A stretch of DNA of 64,000 bases from an uncultured Gemmatimonadales bacterium (lineage in GTDB: Bacteria; Gemmatimonadota; Gemmatimonadetes; Gemmatimonadales; GWC2-71-9), in NCBI GenBank assembly GCA_963739455.1, contig CAVUAK010000001.1, positions 1 through 64,000 of the forward strand. Reading direction: 5' to 3'. The notes beneath the pieces are model-generated. The model was not told the DNA's origin, ran no database searches, and saw only the letters and a program-made list of their open reading frames with translations. The position numbers and the translations under genes are program-made. This document shows positions 38,730 to 49,370 of this stretch, piece by piece. Position 1 is the first letter of the stretch. Each line of letters starts with the position of its first letter.

Positions 38730-39818
38730 CTATCGGTGCGTGCCCCACGCCGCGTAGGCGTAGAACTGACGATCCTGCGACAGCTTGAGGACGTGGCTTC
38801 CGTCCAGGTCCATGGTGTAGATGAGCGAATCCCTGTCATCGCCGGTACCGGCGTCATGCTGGAATACGATCTTGCGGCCATCGGGAGAGAACTTCCCACC
38901 GATGTTGGATGGCCCGCTGAGCCCGCTTGGCGTCAGCAGGGTGATATGGCTGCCGTCCGGATGAACGGTGTAGAGCTGCTCCTTTCCGAGCGGTTCGATG
39001 TCGTAGTGCGATGTGACGATGATCAGCCGCCCGTCGGGGGACCAATCGGGTTCGGTGGCATTGAGCTGCCACGGCGTAATCCGGCGGGCGTCGCTGCCGT
39101 CAGCATTGCTCACGAAGATTGCCTGCCGATTGGCGGGCTCGGCGACGTCATTGATACGGGTGAAGGCGATGCGTCGGCCGTCCGGGGACCAGGCGGCCCA
39201 CTGGTCGGTCGAGCCAGTCCCAAGCCGGCGCTGGGTGACCTGCACCGGGTTGCTTCCGTCGGCGTTCATGATCCAGATACCGACCGTAAGCGCGGTCTCG
39301 TCTCCGTAGGCCTCCGCGAACGCGATCCGGCGCCCGTCCGGGGAGTACGCCGGATTGGCGACGCCGAGGCAGAGGCCGGTGCAGAAGGTGAGCTGCGTGA
39401 GGCCGCTGCCATTCGCGTTGGCCCGAAAGAACTGGTGCGTGCCGTCCGCCGTGTAGTCCCTTTCAAATACGATCATCGAGCCGTCGGGCGACCAATCAGG
39501 ACTGTAGTCGTCATGGACGCCTGGTATGGGCGTGCTGAGCTGCTGATAGTCGGTCCCATCCGGATTGGCGGAATAGATCGCGAAGCCGGTGTAGCTGATG
39601 TAGCGACTGAAGGCGATGCGTCCGTTCTTCGGGGAGGCGCAATCGTTGTGGTGGGAGAAGCAGTTGTGCTTCGACAGTTCAGTGTCCTCGAGCGGGGCTG
39701 CTGCGTCAGGCGCCGCCGGGCTGATACTGTTGTCCGCGTTGCAAGCGGAGATGAGGAGCAGGAGCGGGAGAGCGAGCTGATTGAGATGGGCGAGGCGCAG
39801 CGTTTTCGGGGCGCGCAT
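38730..39818 (-). CDS. TolB-like PD40 beta-propeller lipoprotein
   Basis: LISAC lipobox; multiple WSPDG/YSPDG repeats. Confidence 0.88.
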   Translation of the reverse strand: MRAPKTLRLAHLNQLALPLLLLISACNADNSISPAAPDAAAPLEDTELSKHNCFSHHNDCASPKNGRIAFSRYISYTGFAIYSANPDGTDYQQLSTPIPGVHDDYSPDWSPDGSMIVFERDYTADGTHQFFRANANGSGLTQLTFCTGLCLGVANPAYSPDGRRIAFAEAYGDETALTVGIWIMNADGSNPVQVTQRRLGTGSTDQWAAWSPDGRRIAFTRINDVAEPANRQAIFVSNADGSDARRITPWQLNATEPDWSPDGRLIIVTSHYDIEPLGKEQLYTVHPDGSHITLLTPSGLSGPSNIGGKFSPDGRKIVFQHDAGTGDDRDSLIYTMDLDGSHVLKLSQDRQFYAYAAWGTHR

Positions 39819-40031
39819 GGTCGTGTCCTCCTGGGTGGGTCGCGAATGGACATCGGTTGCGCGCGGACGATGGCAATCGACGCTCAGCCGAAACCCTCCT
39901 CGACCTCATCTCCAGCCTCATCCGGGTCGGCGGGCCCGTAGTTGTGCCGCCCTCAATCCGATCCCATGTTATGAGCGCTGCGCAGCTTACGAGTCGCGCT
40001 GCGCCAACCAGCCCCGGCCCCAAGACTCGAT

Positions 40032-42389
40032 GTGGCGGACCTCGTGAGATGCGTCCCGATCGTCGCCTGTCTCCTGATCACGACCGCCGCCCAGGCGGCG
40101 GGGCAGAGCCATGGCCTGATCCGGGGGACGGTACGCACGCGGGGCGGAGCGGCAGCAGGGGCAAGTGTGGTGATCCGAGGAAACCTCGCGTCGGTCACCA
40201 CGACCGACAGCACGGGACATTTTGTCCTCAACGACGTGGCGGCAGGAACGCACCTGCTGGTGGCGACACTCGAGGGCTGGAATGCGGGGAGTGCCTCCGC
40301 CAGCGTGCGCGGTGGCGATACGGTCTCGGTGGTGATTACCCTCGGCAACACGCAGCAGCTTCCGGCCATTTCCGTCTCCGCAACGCGACCGTCGTCCTAC
40401 TACGCAGACAGCTCCGTGGGCGGAACGAAGTTTCCGGTATCACAACTGGACCTTCCGCAGGACATTGTGGTGGTCAACCAGACGGTAATCGACGACCGTC
40501 ATATCACCGCGCCGAACAAGCTCACCAGCAACGTGAGTGGGGTGATCGCGCAGGCGCCCCTCACCGGCGCCGGCCTGAACGAGGCCAACTTCACTTTCCG
40601 CGGCGTACCCACCAGCACCTACAACAACACCCTGCACGATGGATTCCGGGACCTGGGCGCGGTGACGCGAATCGACATGTCGGATGTGGACCATGTCGAA
40701 TTCATCAAGGGCCCGGAGTCGGTGGTGTATGGCGCGGTGGGTTCCCTTGGCGGCATCGCGAACTTCGTCTCCAAGCAGCCGCTGACGCATCGCGCCGGCG
40801 AACTCATGCTGAGCGCCGACGACAACGGTGGCGTACGCTCGACATTCGACCTTGGCGGCCCGTTGTCGCCGGCGAGCGGCATAGGCTACCGAATCACGGC
40901 CGCGGCGGAGCGCCTCCGCAGCTTCCGCGACATGAGCGAGGGCAGCAACGCCTTCGCCATCGCGCCGGTGCTCGGGTGGAAGCCCAGCTCCCGCATCATG
41001 GTCAACTTCACGACGGCCTACACCCAGTCGCGATACCGGGGCGACCCCTACCTCCCGCTCTTCGATGGCTCGTTCGCCCTGCCGGTCTCCCGCTTCTACG
41101 GCGAGCCCGGCGTGCCATTCTCCAAGGCACAGGCGCTGACCCTCCAGGGGATCATTACCTACCGGGTCAGCGACGCGGTGCAGCTGCGCCAGGGGCTGGG
41201 CTACTCCGCCAGCCGCCAGCAGGACTTCAACTACGACCTCGACGGGGTCGATTCGGCGGGCACCGTGCTGCGCGTCTATGGCAGGAGCACCGACCACACG
41301 CGTGACGCCACGTCGCAGACCGAGGTGCTCGCCACGCTGACGTCTGATGGGGTGGCGAACCGGATGGTCATGGGCGTCGAGCTGTTCGCCGAGCACTACA
41401 ACGGCATCTACAGCACCGGCGACTCCATGGCCCCGATCGACCTCAACCACCCGGTCTACGGCGCCGTGCCGTCCGACACCGGTTCGGAGAACCGATACTG
41501 GATACAGCAGAAGCAGCTCGGCGTCTACGCGCAGGACCTGGTGGAGCTGAGCCAGTGGATGAAGGTGATGCTCGGAGCGCGGTTCGACATCAACCGATCA
41601 CAGTTCAGCTACCAGGACGCCGGCGAGACCGCGATCACGCCGCTGCTGGACGGGACGGTGCATCATGTCACGCCACGCGTCGGGCTGGTGTTCCAGCCGG
41701 GGCAGCAAACGTCACTCTACGGATCGTGGGCCAACTCCTTCACGCCGAACATGAGCTGCGCCCGCTGCGGCGACCCGTCGAGCTTCCCCCCGGAGGTCGG
41801 CCGGCAGTTCGAGGCGGGCGTGAAGCAGCAACTCGCACAGGGACGGTTTGGGGCGACGCTCGCCGTGTACCAGCTCACCAAGGAGAACGTGATGATCGGG
41901 GATCCCTCGGATCCGACCGGCAATCGCGTCCTGATCGTGGGGCAGATGCGCAGCCGTGGTATCGAGCTGGATGCCTCGGGCTCACCAGCACCGGGTCTCG
42001 ATCTCGTGGCGGCCTACGCGTTCACCGACGTCAAGGTGACCAAGGGAAACGACCAGTACTTTCCGGTCGGGATGGTTCCAGCGGGCCAGCCGCGCAACCG
42101 CGTGAGTCTCTGGTCCACCTACACAGTGCACCATGGGACCATCAGTGGCTTTGCGCTTGGCGCTGGCGTCACCGCACAGGAGGCGGTGTACGCCACCTGG
42201 GGAGATCCCCTGCGGCTTCCCGGCTACGCCATCCTCGATGCCTTGCTCGGCTATCACGGCCGGTCCTTCATGGTGCAGGTCAACCTCACCAACCTGACCA
42301 ATACGCGGTCGTATCAGGGCGTGAGCACGCTCCGGGTGTCGCCGGGACCACCGCGATCACTCGTGACCTCCGTTGCCTACCGGTTCTGA
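40032..42389 (+). CDS. TonB-dependent (siderophore-type) receptor
   Basis: Plug VEFIKGPESVVYG..GGIAN; QFEAGVK; RSRGIELD; NLTN; terminal YRF. Confidence 0.92.
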   Translation: MADLVRCVPIVACLLITTAAQAAGQSHGLIRGTVRTRGGAAAGASVVIRGNLASVTTTDSTGHFVLNDVAAGTHLLVATLEGWNAGSASASVRGGDTVSVVITLGNTQQLPAISVSATRPSSYYADSSVGGTKFPVSQLDLPQDIVVVNQTVIDDRHITAPNKLTSNVSGVIAQAPLTGAGLNEANFTFRGVPTSTYNNTLHDGFRDLGAVTRIDMSDVDHVEFIKGPESVVYGAVGSLGGIANFVSKQPLTHRAGELMLSADDNGGVRSTFDLGGPLSPASGIGYRITAAAERLRSFRDMSEGSNAFAIAPVLGWKPSSRIMVNFTTAYTQSRYRGDPYLPLFDGSFALPVSRFYGEPGVPFSKAQALTLQGIITYRVSDAVQLRQGLGYSASRQQDFNYDLDGVDSAGTVLRVYGRSTDHTRDATSQTEVLATLTSDGVANRMVMGVELFAEHYNGIYSTGDSMAPIDLNHPVYGAVPSDTGSENRYWIQQKQLGVYAQDLVELSQWMKVMLGARFDINRSQFSYQDAGETAITPLLDGTVHHVTPRVGLVFQPGQQTSLYGSWANSFTPNMSCARCGDPSSFPPEVGRQFEAGVKQQLAQGRFGATLAVYQLTKENVMIGDPSDPTGNRVLIVGQMRSRGIELDASGSPAPGLDLVAAYAFTDVKVTKGNDQYFPVGMVPAGQPRNRVSLWSTYTVHHGTISGFALGAGVTAQEAVYATWGDPLRLPGYAILDALLGYHGRSFMVQVNLTNLTNTRSYQGVSTLRVSPGPPRSLVTSVAYRF

Positions 42390-42440
42390 CTCGATGCGAC
42401 TCACCACGCCTGGCAGGCTGGCGGACCGGCGGCGCCTCGC

Positions 42441-44990
42441 ATGAAACTCACGACCTTCGGCGGGCTCACGATCACGAACGGTGCGGAGTTGGCGGGGGAG
42501 CCCCGCCTGCAGCGCCGGCAATTGGCGCTGCTCACGGTGCTGGCGACCGAGGGTGCGGGAGGCGTCACACGCGACCGGCTGATGCTCCTCTTCTGGCCCG
42601 ACCGGGAAACCGACAGGGCCCGGCACGCGCTGGACCAGGTGCTGTATGTGGCGCGCCGCGAGCTAGGCGCGGAGGCGCTGGTACAGGGGCCGACAACCCT
42701 GCACCTGAATGCGAAGGTGCTGCCCAGCGATGTCGGGGATTTTTCTTCGGCGCTTGGCCGAGGGGATCTCGACGCCGCGGTCGCGGCCTACACCGGGCCG
42801 TTCCTGGACGGCGTCCACATTCCGGATGCCGACGAGTTCGAGCGATGGGCGGAGGGGCGTCGCACCCAATTCGCGAATGCGTTCGTGCAGGCCCTGACCC
42901 GCCTGGCCAAGCAGGCCAGCGCCAGCGGCGACTACGCACTTGCCGAGCAGCACCTGCGCCGTGCCGCGGCAAGCGCGCCGCTGGACGGCACAGTGGCGCG
43001 CGCGCTGGCGCTGGCGCTGGCCTACGGCGGAAACCCAGGCGCGGCGGTGGAACTCGCCCGCGCGCACATTGCACTGGTGCGCCAGGAGCTCGGCGTCGGG
43101 CCTGATGCCGCGCTGCCCGAGCTCATCGAGAAGTTGCAGTCGCCCACACCAATGGTTCCACCGGTTCCGCCAAGAACATCGGCGGCGATCCGCGCAGTAC
43201 CACGGGTGGAGGAACCGGGTCCGGCCGACCCGGTGTCCGATGCGCCGGCAGCAGACCGATCGCCGTCGCGGGCCGGCCGACTGGGCGCAATCACTCTCGC
43301 GCTGGCCACGGTCGTGCTGCTGGTCGTCCTGGTGGCGCGGATGGAGGGCACGGCGGGTCGTCATGCTGCAGTCATGCTGAAGGATCGCCACCAGCTCACG
43401 ACGACCGGCAGGATCACCCAACCCGCGCTTTCACCCGACGGCGCGTACCTGGCGTACGTCACGACGCACTGCGGACCGGCGGGGTGCGCGTCAGATGTCA
43501 ACATCCAGGAGGTCGGGACCCGTGCTACGCGCACTATCGTAGAGGGTGTGTCGCTCGTCGAATACATCGGGTGGAGCCCGGACCGGCGGAACCTCATGAT
43601 CGGCGGCACACTGGTCAAGGGCGTGAACGGCCTGTATCTCGTGTCGGTCCTCGGCGGCAGCCCGCGTCACATCAGCGGCTTCTACTTTCCGGCATTCTTT
43701 GCCGGGGGCGACTCCCTGCTCCTGGTGCCGAGCGCGGGCTCGGACAGTGTGTACTGGGCGCGCGTTGCCGCTCTGGACGGCGTTCCACGAGACAGCATCG
43801 CGGTTCCGGGCCCGGGAGTGGGGATCCAGTACGCGATGAATGTCCCCGGCACGTCGTGGTTCGTCCTCCTCGTCATGCAGCGGCAGGGGGTCCAGCTCCG
43901 CGTGATCGACCGCGCGGGCCGGGAGACCGACCGGCGGAGCTTCTCGTCGCTCGGCCTGACGCAGGTGTCGCGCGATGCGCTGTGGTACAGCAGCGAGTTC
44001 AACCTCATGCGGGTTCCGTTCGACACGGCGATGGGCCGGTTCGGTGCGACGATCGACACGGTCTATACCGGACTCTTCACCGGTTTCGACGTGACGGCCG
44101 ATGGCCGCCAGCTCATGCTCGACGAGGGCACCGAAGACTACGACGTCTGGGCGCTCACATTCGACGACGCACTGCGCGGCAAGTTCACGCCTGACCGGCG
44201 ACTGGCCCATGGCACGGCTCGCTTCGCCGTCACGGTCAGCCCGGATGGCCAGCGCGTCCTGCTCGCCAGGGCAACGGGGATCGCCGAGGCGGTTCACTTT
44301 CGGCTGTCAACAATGCCATTTGATGGAGGGGCCGAGACGCCTGTGCCGACAAGGGGCGACCCCGGGGGATGGAGCTGGATCGACTCGACCACGATCGCGG
44401 TCAATGAATTCGAGTCGGGCCGGGCGCATGCCGTCCTGCTTGACGTGCGCGACGGCAGACGCCTGGACGAGTTCACTCCGCCCGATTCCTCGATGGCGTG
44501 CTGCCCCATGGTGTCGGCAAACGGGGTCTGGGCGTGGGTGCCGGGCGACGAGCAGAGCATCCGGGTGCAAGGCCGCGGAGAGACGACGCCGCGCACCTTC
44601 CCGGCTCCGGCATGGTTCCAGGGCATCTGGTCAATCACCCTCTCGCCCGACGGGAAGCAGGTCCTCTACCTGGGCAAGAGCGTCCTGACCGACTCACTCC
44701 GGGTCAACGTGCTGTCGCTCACGGACAGTTCAACGACGACCTGGTGGACCATCGCGGGCGTACCGGAGATCGACGCCGGCTGGCTGCAGGATGGGACAAT
44801 GCTGCTGGGGGTGCACAAGACGGCGGACACGCGCACCTTCTACCGGCTGCGGGTGCCGGGAAAAGCAGACTTGCTGGGAACGATTCCGCGGGCAGTGTGG
44901 GGGGTGGATGTGACGCCCGACATTAAGCGGGCGGTGATCAGCACGCGGGAGCACAATGGCGATGCGTGGTTGTATCGGGTGGCGAACTGA
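42441..44990 (+). CDS. SARP/BTAD transcriptional regulator with TM helix and extracytoplasmic PD40 propeller
   Basis: FGGL..LALLTVLA..TRDRL..FWPD..ARHAL; YTGPFLDG..FERWAE (BTAD); TM ITLALATVVLLVVLV; SPDG repeats. Confidence 0.88.
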   Translation: MKLTTFGGLTITNGAELAGEPRLQRRQLALLTVLATEGAGGVTRDRLMLLFWPDRETDRARHALDQVLYVARRELGAEALVQGPTTLHLNAKVLPSDVGDFSSALGRGDLDAAVAAYTGPFLDGVHIPDADEFERWAEGRRTQFANAFVQALTRLAKQASASGDYALAEQHLRRAAASAPLDGTVARALALALAYGGNPGAAVELARAHIALVRQELGVGPDAALPELIEKLQSPTPMVPPVPPRTSAAIRAVPRVEEPGPADPVSDAPAADRSPSRAGRLGAITLALATVVLLVVLVARMEGTAGRHAAVMLKDRHQLTTTGRITQPALSPDGAYLAYVTTHCGPAGCASDVNIQEVGTRATRTIVEGVSLVEYIGWSPDRRNLMIGGTLVKGVNGLYLVSVLGGSPRHISGFYFPAFFAGGDSLLLVPSAGSDSVYWARVAALDGVPRDSIAVPGPGVGIQYAMNVPGTSWFVLLVMQRQGVQLRVIDRAGRETDRRSFSSLGLTQVSRDALWYSSEFNLMRVPFDTAMGRFGATIDTVYTGLFTGFDVTADGRQLMLDEGTEDYDVWALTFDDALRGKFTPDRRLAHGTARFAVTVSPDGQRVLLARATGIAEAVHFRLSTMPFDGGAETPVPTRGDPGGWSWIDSTTIAVNEFESGRAHAVLLDVRDGRRLDEFTPPDSSMACCPMVSANGVWAWVPGDEQSIRVQGRGETTPRTFPAPAWFQGIWSITLSPDGKQVLYLGKSVLTDSLRVNVLSLTDSSTTTWWTIAGVPEIDAGWLQDGTMLLGVHKTADTRTFYRLRVPGKADLLGTIPRAVWGVDVTPDIKRAVISTREHNGDAWLYRVAN

Positions 44991-45035
44991 AGCAGGGTGA
45001 GGAGTGAGGAGTGAGGGGTGAGGGGTGAGGGGGTC

Positions 45036-46286
45036 CTACTTCACCGCCGCCAGTGCGGGGTCGATGCCGGAGACGTAGTCCTGGAAGGTGAGCGGTGCGG
45101 GAATCGACACGGGGATCCAGGGGCGAGTATCGCGGGGATCGGAGAGTTGCCAGTAGAGTGACGAGACGCGGAAGGTGACGTGGCTGTTGGGGAGCACGAA
45201 GCGGTAGGAGTCACCGTAGTGGGTGCCGCGACTACTGGTGGGCTCGCCGACAAAGATGGCGTCGCTGTACGTCTCCAATTCCGAAACGAGCATCTGGGCC
45301 GCAGAGAAAGTGCGGCGACCGGTGACGACGTACAGCCGGCCCGGCGCGTCATACCGGGACTTGATGAGGCTCCGGAGGATGTCGCGGTTCCACTGGGCGT
45401 TCCCTCCCCCGTTCAGCCTGAGGTCAAGGACGAAGCGACCGGCACCCGCCGAGTCGGCGGAGTGGAGCGCGCGGGCAAGGAAGGTGGAGAGGGAGTCGTC
45501 GCTCTCCTGGAGGATGGCGTTGAGCTGGACATAGAGTGCGCGGGACTCGGGGAGATAGCGATACCAGTACGTGTCTCCCGCATTGCTGAGCCAGAGGGGC
45601 GTGGGCGCCTTGTCGCGGGCATCGACCCAGCCGGCGCGGGGCATCCAGGTGCGGTCGGTCTCCCCAGTGAGCATGGGAAAGAGGCCGATGGGCGTGAGCA
45701 TGACGTCGCGGCGGCCCTTGGGCGTGTCGAGTGTGAGCGTGGCGTGACCGGCGTCGGGCGCCAGGCCGACGCTGAAGAGCACTTCGGGCATGGCGAGGAG
45801 CATGGGGGCGCGGGCCAGGACGCCCATCTCGTTGTCGCGACTGACGAGCGGGCGAATGCGGGTGAGAGCGCTGTCGACAGGGACGCCGCCAATGGCGATG
45901 ACCCTGCTGCCGACGAGGTCGGCGTGGGGAGACGTCGCCGCACGAATGCGGAGCCCGTCATCAAAGGCGTAGAAGGTGACGGGGAGCTCGTGAAAGACGG
46001 TGGCGGTATCGCGCCAGGGGCCGACGCTCGAGTGACCGTCACCAATGAGCGCGGCGAGGCGCTGGAGCTCGACGATGACCTGCGACCGCTGCATGCGCGG
46101 GAGGTTCTGCTCGATGCTGGTGAGCGCGCTGTCGAACTGGGAGCGGGTCATGGAGTGGAAGAGATTGGCGTGATGAGCCGGCGCCTGGATGCGAATGACG
46201 GCGAGGTCCTCGCGCCATTGGCGAATGTGGGTGGTGTCGAGTGTGGGGGCCTGCTGAAGGAACAGTGCGAGGAGGGCGAGGGTCAT
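45036..46286 (-). CDS. S41-like secreted peptidase
   Basis: DGHS, VLDLRLNGGGN, TFSAA, VGEPT. Confidence 0.8.
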   Translation of the reverse strand: MTLALLALFLQQAPTLDTTHIRQWREDLAVIRIQAPAHHANLFHSMTRSQFDSALTSIEQNLPRMQRSQVIVELQRLAALIGDGHSSVGPWRDTATVFHELPVTFYAFDDGLRIRAATSPHADLVGSRVIAIGGVPVDSALTRIRPLVSRDNEMGVLARAPMLLAMPEVLFSVGLAPDAGHATLTLDTPKGRRDVMLTPIGLFPMLTGETDRTWMPRAGWVDARDKAPTPLWLSNAGDTYWYRYLPESRALYVQLNAILQESDDSLSTFLARALHSADSAGAGRFVLDLRLNGGGNAQWNRDILRSLIKSRYDAPGRLYVVTGRRTFSAAQMLVSELETYSDAIFVGEPTSSRGTHYGDSYRFVLPNSHVTFRVSSLYWQLSDPRDTRPWIPVSIPAPLTFQDYVSGIDPALAAVK

Positions 46287-46341
46287 ACAGGAGTGAGACG
46301 GCGGCAACTGCCGATTGGTTGCCGCCGTCTCCTCGCAATGA

Positions 46342-46803
46342 CTACGGCGTTGCTGCGTGCTTCGTCGGGTCGTCGGCGGGATTGACGTAGGTCATCGCAA
46401 ACGGACCGGTGGACGCGACTGATACCACCGTTGGGCCGTGGGTGCTGGCGAAGTGGGCCATGCCGGCCTTGATGGAACCGCTGGAGCCCACGACCATCGG
46501 CTTGGCCTTCGCCTCATCGAAGGTGTTGCCCACGCCGACAAGGAAGGCGCCCTTCAGCACCGTCACCTTTTCGTCGGTGGGGTGCGTGTGCGGTGCAATG
46601 CGATAGCCGGCCGGCATGGAGAGTTCGATGACGAACGGACCGGGCTTGGCAGGATCGCCGCTCACGACAGCCAGCTGGGCCCCGGCGGGAAATATCGCCG
46701 GCGCCGGGCCCCACTTGAGGTCGGGAACGGCGGCGGCCTGCGCGGCGACCGAGGTGGCACCGGCGACCAAGCCGGCGGCGGCGAGAAAAAGGGCGTGGCG
46801 CAT
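46342..46803 (-). CDS. Secreted cupin-domain protein
   Basis: GDP.KPGPF, PHTHPTDEKVTVLKG, YVNPADDP. Confidence 0.88.
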   Translation of the reverse strand: MRHALFLAAAGLVAGATSVAAQAAAVPDLKWGPAPAIFPAGAQLAVVSGDPAKPGPFVIELSMPAGYRIAPHTHPTDEKVTVLKGAFLVGVGNTFDEAKAKPMVVGSSGSIKAGMAHFASTHGPTVVSVASTGPFAMTYVNPADDPTKHAATP

Positions 46804-47014
46804 ACTGCCTCCTGCGTTCGTGGTAGCTCGAACTGCCTCCCCTGCCCCTCCTTGGTACGGTCCGCCAGACTCCCTGTCAAGCTTCAATGCTGATACCTTC
46901 GAGCCACAAATGGAGTGAATAGCGGTATCATATCCACCGGATCGTGTGCCTGCCGGCACAGCTTCAGGTGGGTCAACCGGGCTTTACAGACGACGAAAGG
47001 CAGGGCAGGAAGAC

Positions 47015-47230
47015 ATGGCCACACTGCTGAGCAAGGCACTCAAGCGGGCAATCAACATCAACGGTGCGGACTACGTGCTGACGATTACGCCGGAAGGGTT
47101 GACGCTCACCCCGAAGGGGAAGCGGAAGGGACAGTCGTGGACGTGGGGCCAGCTGCTGAGCGGCGAGGCCGGACTGGCGTCGGCGCTGGCGGCATCGGTG
47201 CGGGATGAGGGGACCGAGGGAAGCGAGTAA
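47015..47230 (+). CDS. Small conserved-looking hypothetical protein
   Basis: AGGA RBS; MATLLSKALKR..TITPEGL.L..KGKRKG..W; followed by a terminator. Confidence 0.75.
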   Translation: MATLLSKALKRAININGADYVLTITPEGLTLTPKGKRKGQSWTWGQLLSGEAGLASALAASVRDEGTEGSE

Positions 47231-47274
47231 GTAGGGCGGGTAAGGCGGGTAAGGCGGGTAGGCACATTGGTTGG

Positions 47275-47313
47275 AGGCGCGGTCCCAGCGGCTGGGATCG
47301 CGCCTTTCCTTTT
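47275..47313 (+). terminator. Intrinsic terminator
   Basis: AGGCGCGGTCCCAGC/GCTGGGATCGCGCCT stem plus T-rich tail. Confidence 0.65.
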
Positions 47314-47326
47314 CCAAGGGGCTGGG

Positions 47327-48226
47327 TTGATCCTCTTCATCCTGAACAGCGGGTCGGGCACGGGGAACTGCGACGCTATCACCACGCAGATTACCGAGCG
47401 CTTCTCAGTGCTGGGAGAAGAAGTGCGGATCGTCCTTGCCTCCACCGGTGAGGAGATGGAGTGGGCCGCCAGGCAGGGGCTCGCGGCCGGGGCGACCGCC
47501 ATCGTGGCGGGCGGCGGGGACGGTACGATCAGCACGGTCGCGGGGGTACTCGCCGACAGTGACGTCCCGCTCGGCGTCCTCCCCCTCGGCACCCTGAATC
47601 ACTTCGCAAAGGACCTGGGTATTCCACTGGAGCCGGCCAAGGCGCTCGAGGTGATCGTGGCGGGACACACGATCGCGGTGGATGCGGGCGAGGTGAACGG
47701 CAAGCTCTTCCTCAACAATTCGAGTCTCGGGCTCTACGCGCGGATCGTGCGGCTGCGACAGCGATACCAGGCGCGCGGGATCGCCAAGTGGTTCGTGGCG
47801 GCGTGGGCGATGCTCAAGGTGATGGAAGAGAACCCGGTCTTCACGGTCCGGATCGGGGTCAACGGTGAGAGCGTCACCTATCGCTCGTCGCTGGTGATGG
47901 TGGGCAACAATGCATACCGGATGGAAGGGCTGGACGCGGGTTCACGCGATTCGCTGACCAGCGGCCAGCTCAGCGTGTACGTGGTGCAGAGTGAGGGAAA
48001 GCTGGGCCTCGCCCGACTGATCTGGCAGATCGTCGCGGGCCGTGCCGAGGAGGGTGAGGAGTTCGAGGTGCACCATGTGACGGCGGCGACCGTGGAGACG
48101 GCATCCAGCACGATGCCCGTGGCGCGGGATGGAGAAGTAGCGCAGCTGACGATGCCGCTGCAATTCCGGATACGGTCGAAAGCGTTGCTCGTGCTGGCGC
48201 ACGAGCGACGTGAGGATGTGAAGTAG
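47327..48226 (+). CDS. Diacylglycerol/lipid kinase family protein
   Basis: AGGGDGTI, LPLGTLNHFAKDLG, FLNNSSLG, VGNN, DGE. Confidence 0.9.
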   Translation: MILFILNSGSGTGNCDAITTQITERFSVLGEEVRIVLASTGEEMEWAARQGLAAGATAIVAGGGDGTISTVAGVLADSDVPLGVLPLGTLNHFAKDLGIPLEPAKALEVIVAGHTIAVDAGEVNGKLFLNNSSLGLYARIVRLRQRYQARGIAKWFVAAWAMLKVMEENPVFTVRIGVNGESVTYRSSLVMVGNNAYRMEGLDAGSRDSLTSGQLSVYVVQSEGKLGLARLIWQIVAGRAEEGEEFEVHHVTAATVETASSTMPVARDGEVAQLTMPLQFRIRSKALLVLAHERREDVK

Positions 48227-48276
48227 ACCCTGGCGACGCAACGGGATTGTTGAGGAAGCTACGCGGCCTCGCAATG

Positions 48277-48312
48277 ACAAAGGGCGTGAGGATTTCTCCT
48301 CACGCCCTTTGT
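48277..48312. terminator. Bidirectional terminator between convergent genes
   Basis: ACAAAGGGCGTGAGG/CCTCACGCCCTTTGT. Confidence 0.75.
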
Positions 48313-48325
48313 GTACAGCGACTGG

Positions 48326-48766
48326 CTACTGCCGGGCGCCGAGAGGCGCCGCGGTGACCACGACAGTGAGCGTCGCAGTGTCGTCGCTGACACCGCTGCC
48401 CGATGCCGTGAGCGTAAGGGGGTAGGTGCCCGGCACTGCGTCAGCAGCGGCGGAGACGGTGATGGCAGCAGTGCTTTCGCCGACACCCAGAGCGGCTGGA
48501 GCGAAGACAGCATCGACACCCGCCGGCTCACCGGTGACTGCGAGCCCCACGCCGCCCGCGAAGGTGCCACTTCGATCGATGGCAATACTGGCTGCGGCGG
48601 AACCGCCCTGGACGATCGTAATGGAGGCCGGGGTGACGCCGATGTCGATATCTCCCGTGGAATCGTTGCCGTCACTACCGCACGCCGACAAAGTGAAGGC
48701 GCCTGCAGAGATTGCGATCGCGGCTGCCAGCATCATGCTGCGGCGCCGAGCAAATGGCTTGGACAT
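48326..48766 (-). CDS. Small Ig-like lipoprotein
   Basis: LSAC lipobox; PGTYPLTLTA. Confidence 0.75.
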   Translation of the reverse strand: MSKPFARRRSMMLAAAIAISAGAFTLSACGSDGNDSTGDIDIGVTPASITIVQGGSAAASIAIDRSGTFAGGVGLAVTGEPAGVDAVFAPAALGVGESTAAITVSAAADAVPGTYPLTLTASGSGVSDDTATLTVVVTAAPLGARQ

Positions 48767-48895
48767 CCAGAAGACCTCGTTCGAGAGTTGAAACACGCGG
48801 GGAGAGCGATTCCGCAGGATGCGGGACCCGGCTCTCCCTGTGTTCGTGATACACCCGTGACGTTGAGATGTATCGCTCGCGCGCGACTGACACTT

Positions 48896-49309
48896 CTACG
48901 TGCGCGTGCGTCCGTAGAGCGGCAATGGTCCGCGCGGAGCGCGCCGCACGACCGGCTGCCGAATGGCAGACACGACCACCAGGCTGAAGCCGAGCAGCCA
49001 GGCCGCCAGGGCGACAAACACGGAGTGCACCTGCTGCGGAACGGCCCAGAGGACCCCTGCGACGGCGAGAACGAAGGTGCCCCAGAAGGCAAAGCCAAAG
49101 CCGCGCCGCTTACGAAGGAGCAACGAGAGGATCATCGCGGAGGCGGCGGCGGCGGACAGCAACGCGCGGACGGCGGTGAGCAGCACCGGGCTTGGCGTTG
49201 TCGCGAGCGCCTGGGTGAGCCCCAGCGCGAGTGCGATAGCGCACAGCATGATGGTGATGTACCGAACGACTGTCAGCATTCGCGACGCTCCCAAGTTCAC
49301 ACCCGACAT
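48896..49309 (-). CDS. Hypothetical four-TM membrane protein
   Basis: AAGGA RBS; four hydrophobic segments. Confidence 0.6.
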   Translation of the reverse strand: MSGVNLGASRMLTVVRYITIMLCAIALALGLTQALATTPSPVLLTAVRALLSAAAASAMILSLLLRKRRGFGFAFWGTFVLAVAGVLWAVPQQVHSVFVALAAWLLGFSLVVVSAIRQPVVRRAPRGPLPLYGRTRT

Positions 49310-49370
49310 TTCCTTGTACCCCGAGCCATCGGAGACGGTATCGGGTATTCGTGATCTGGAGGATCTGACA

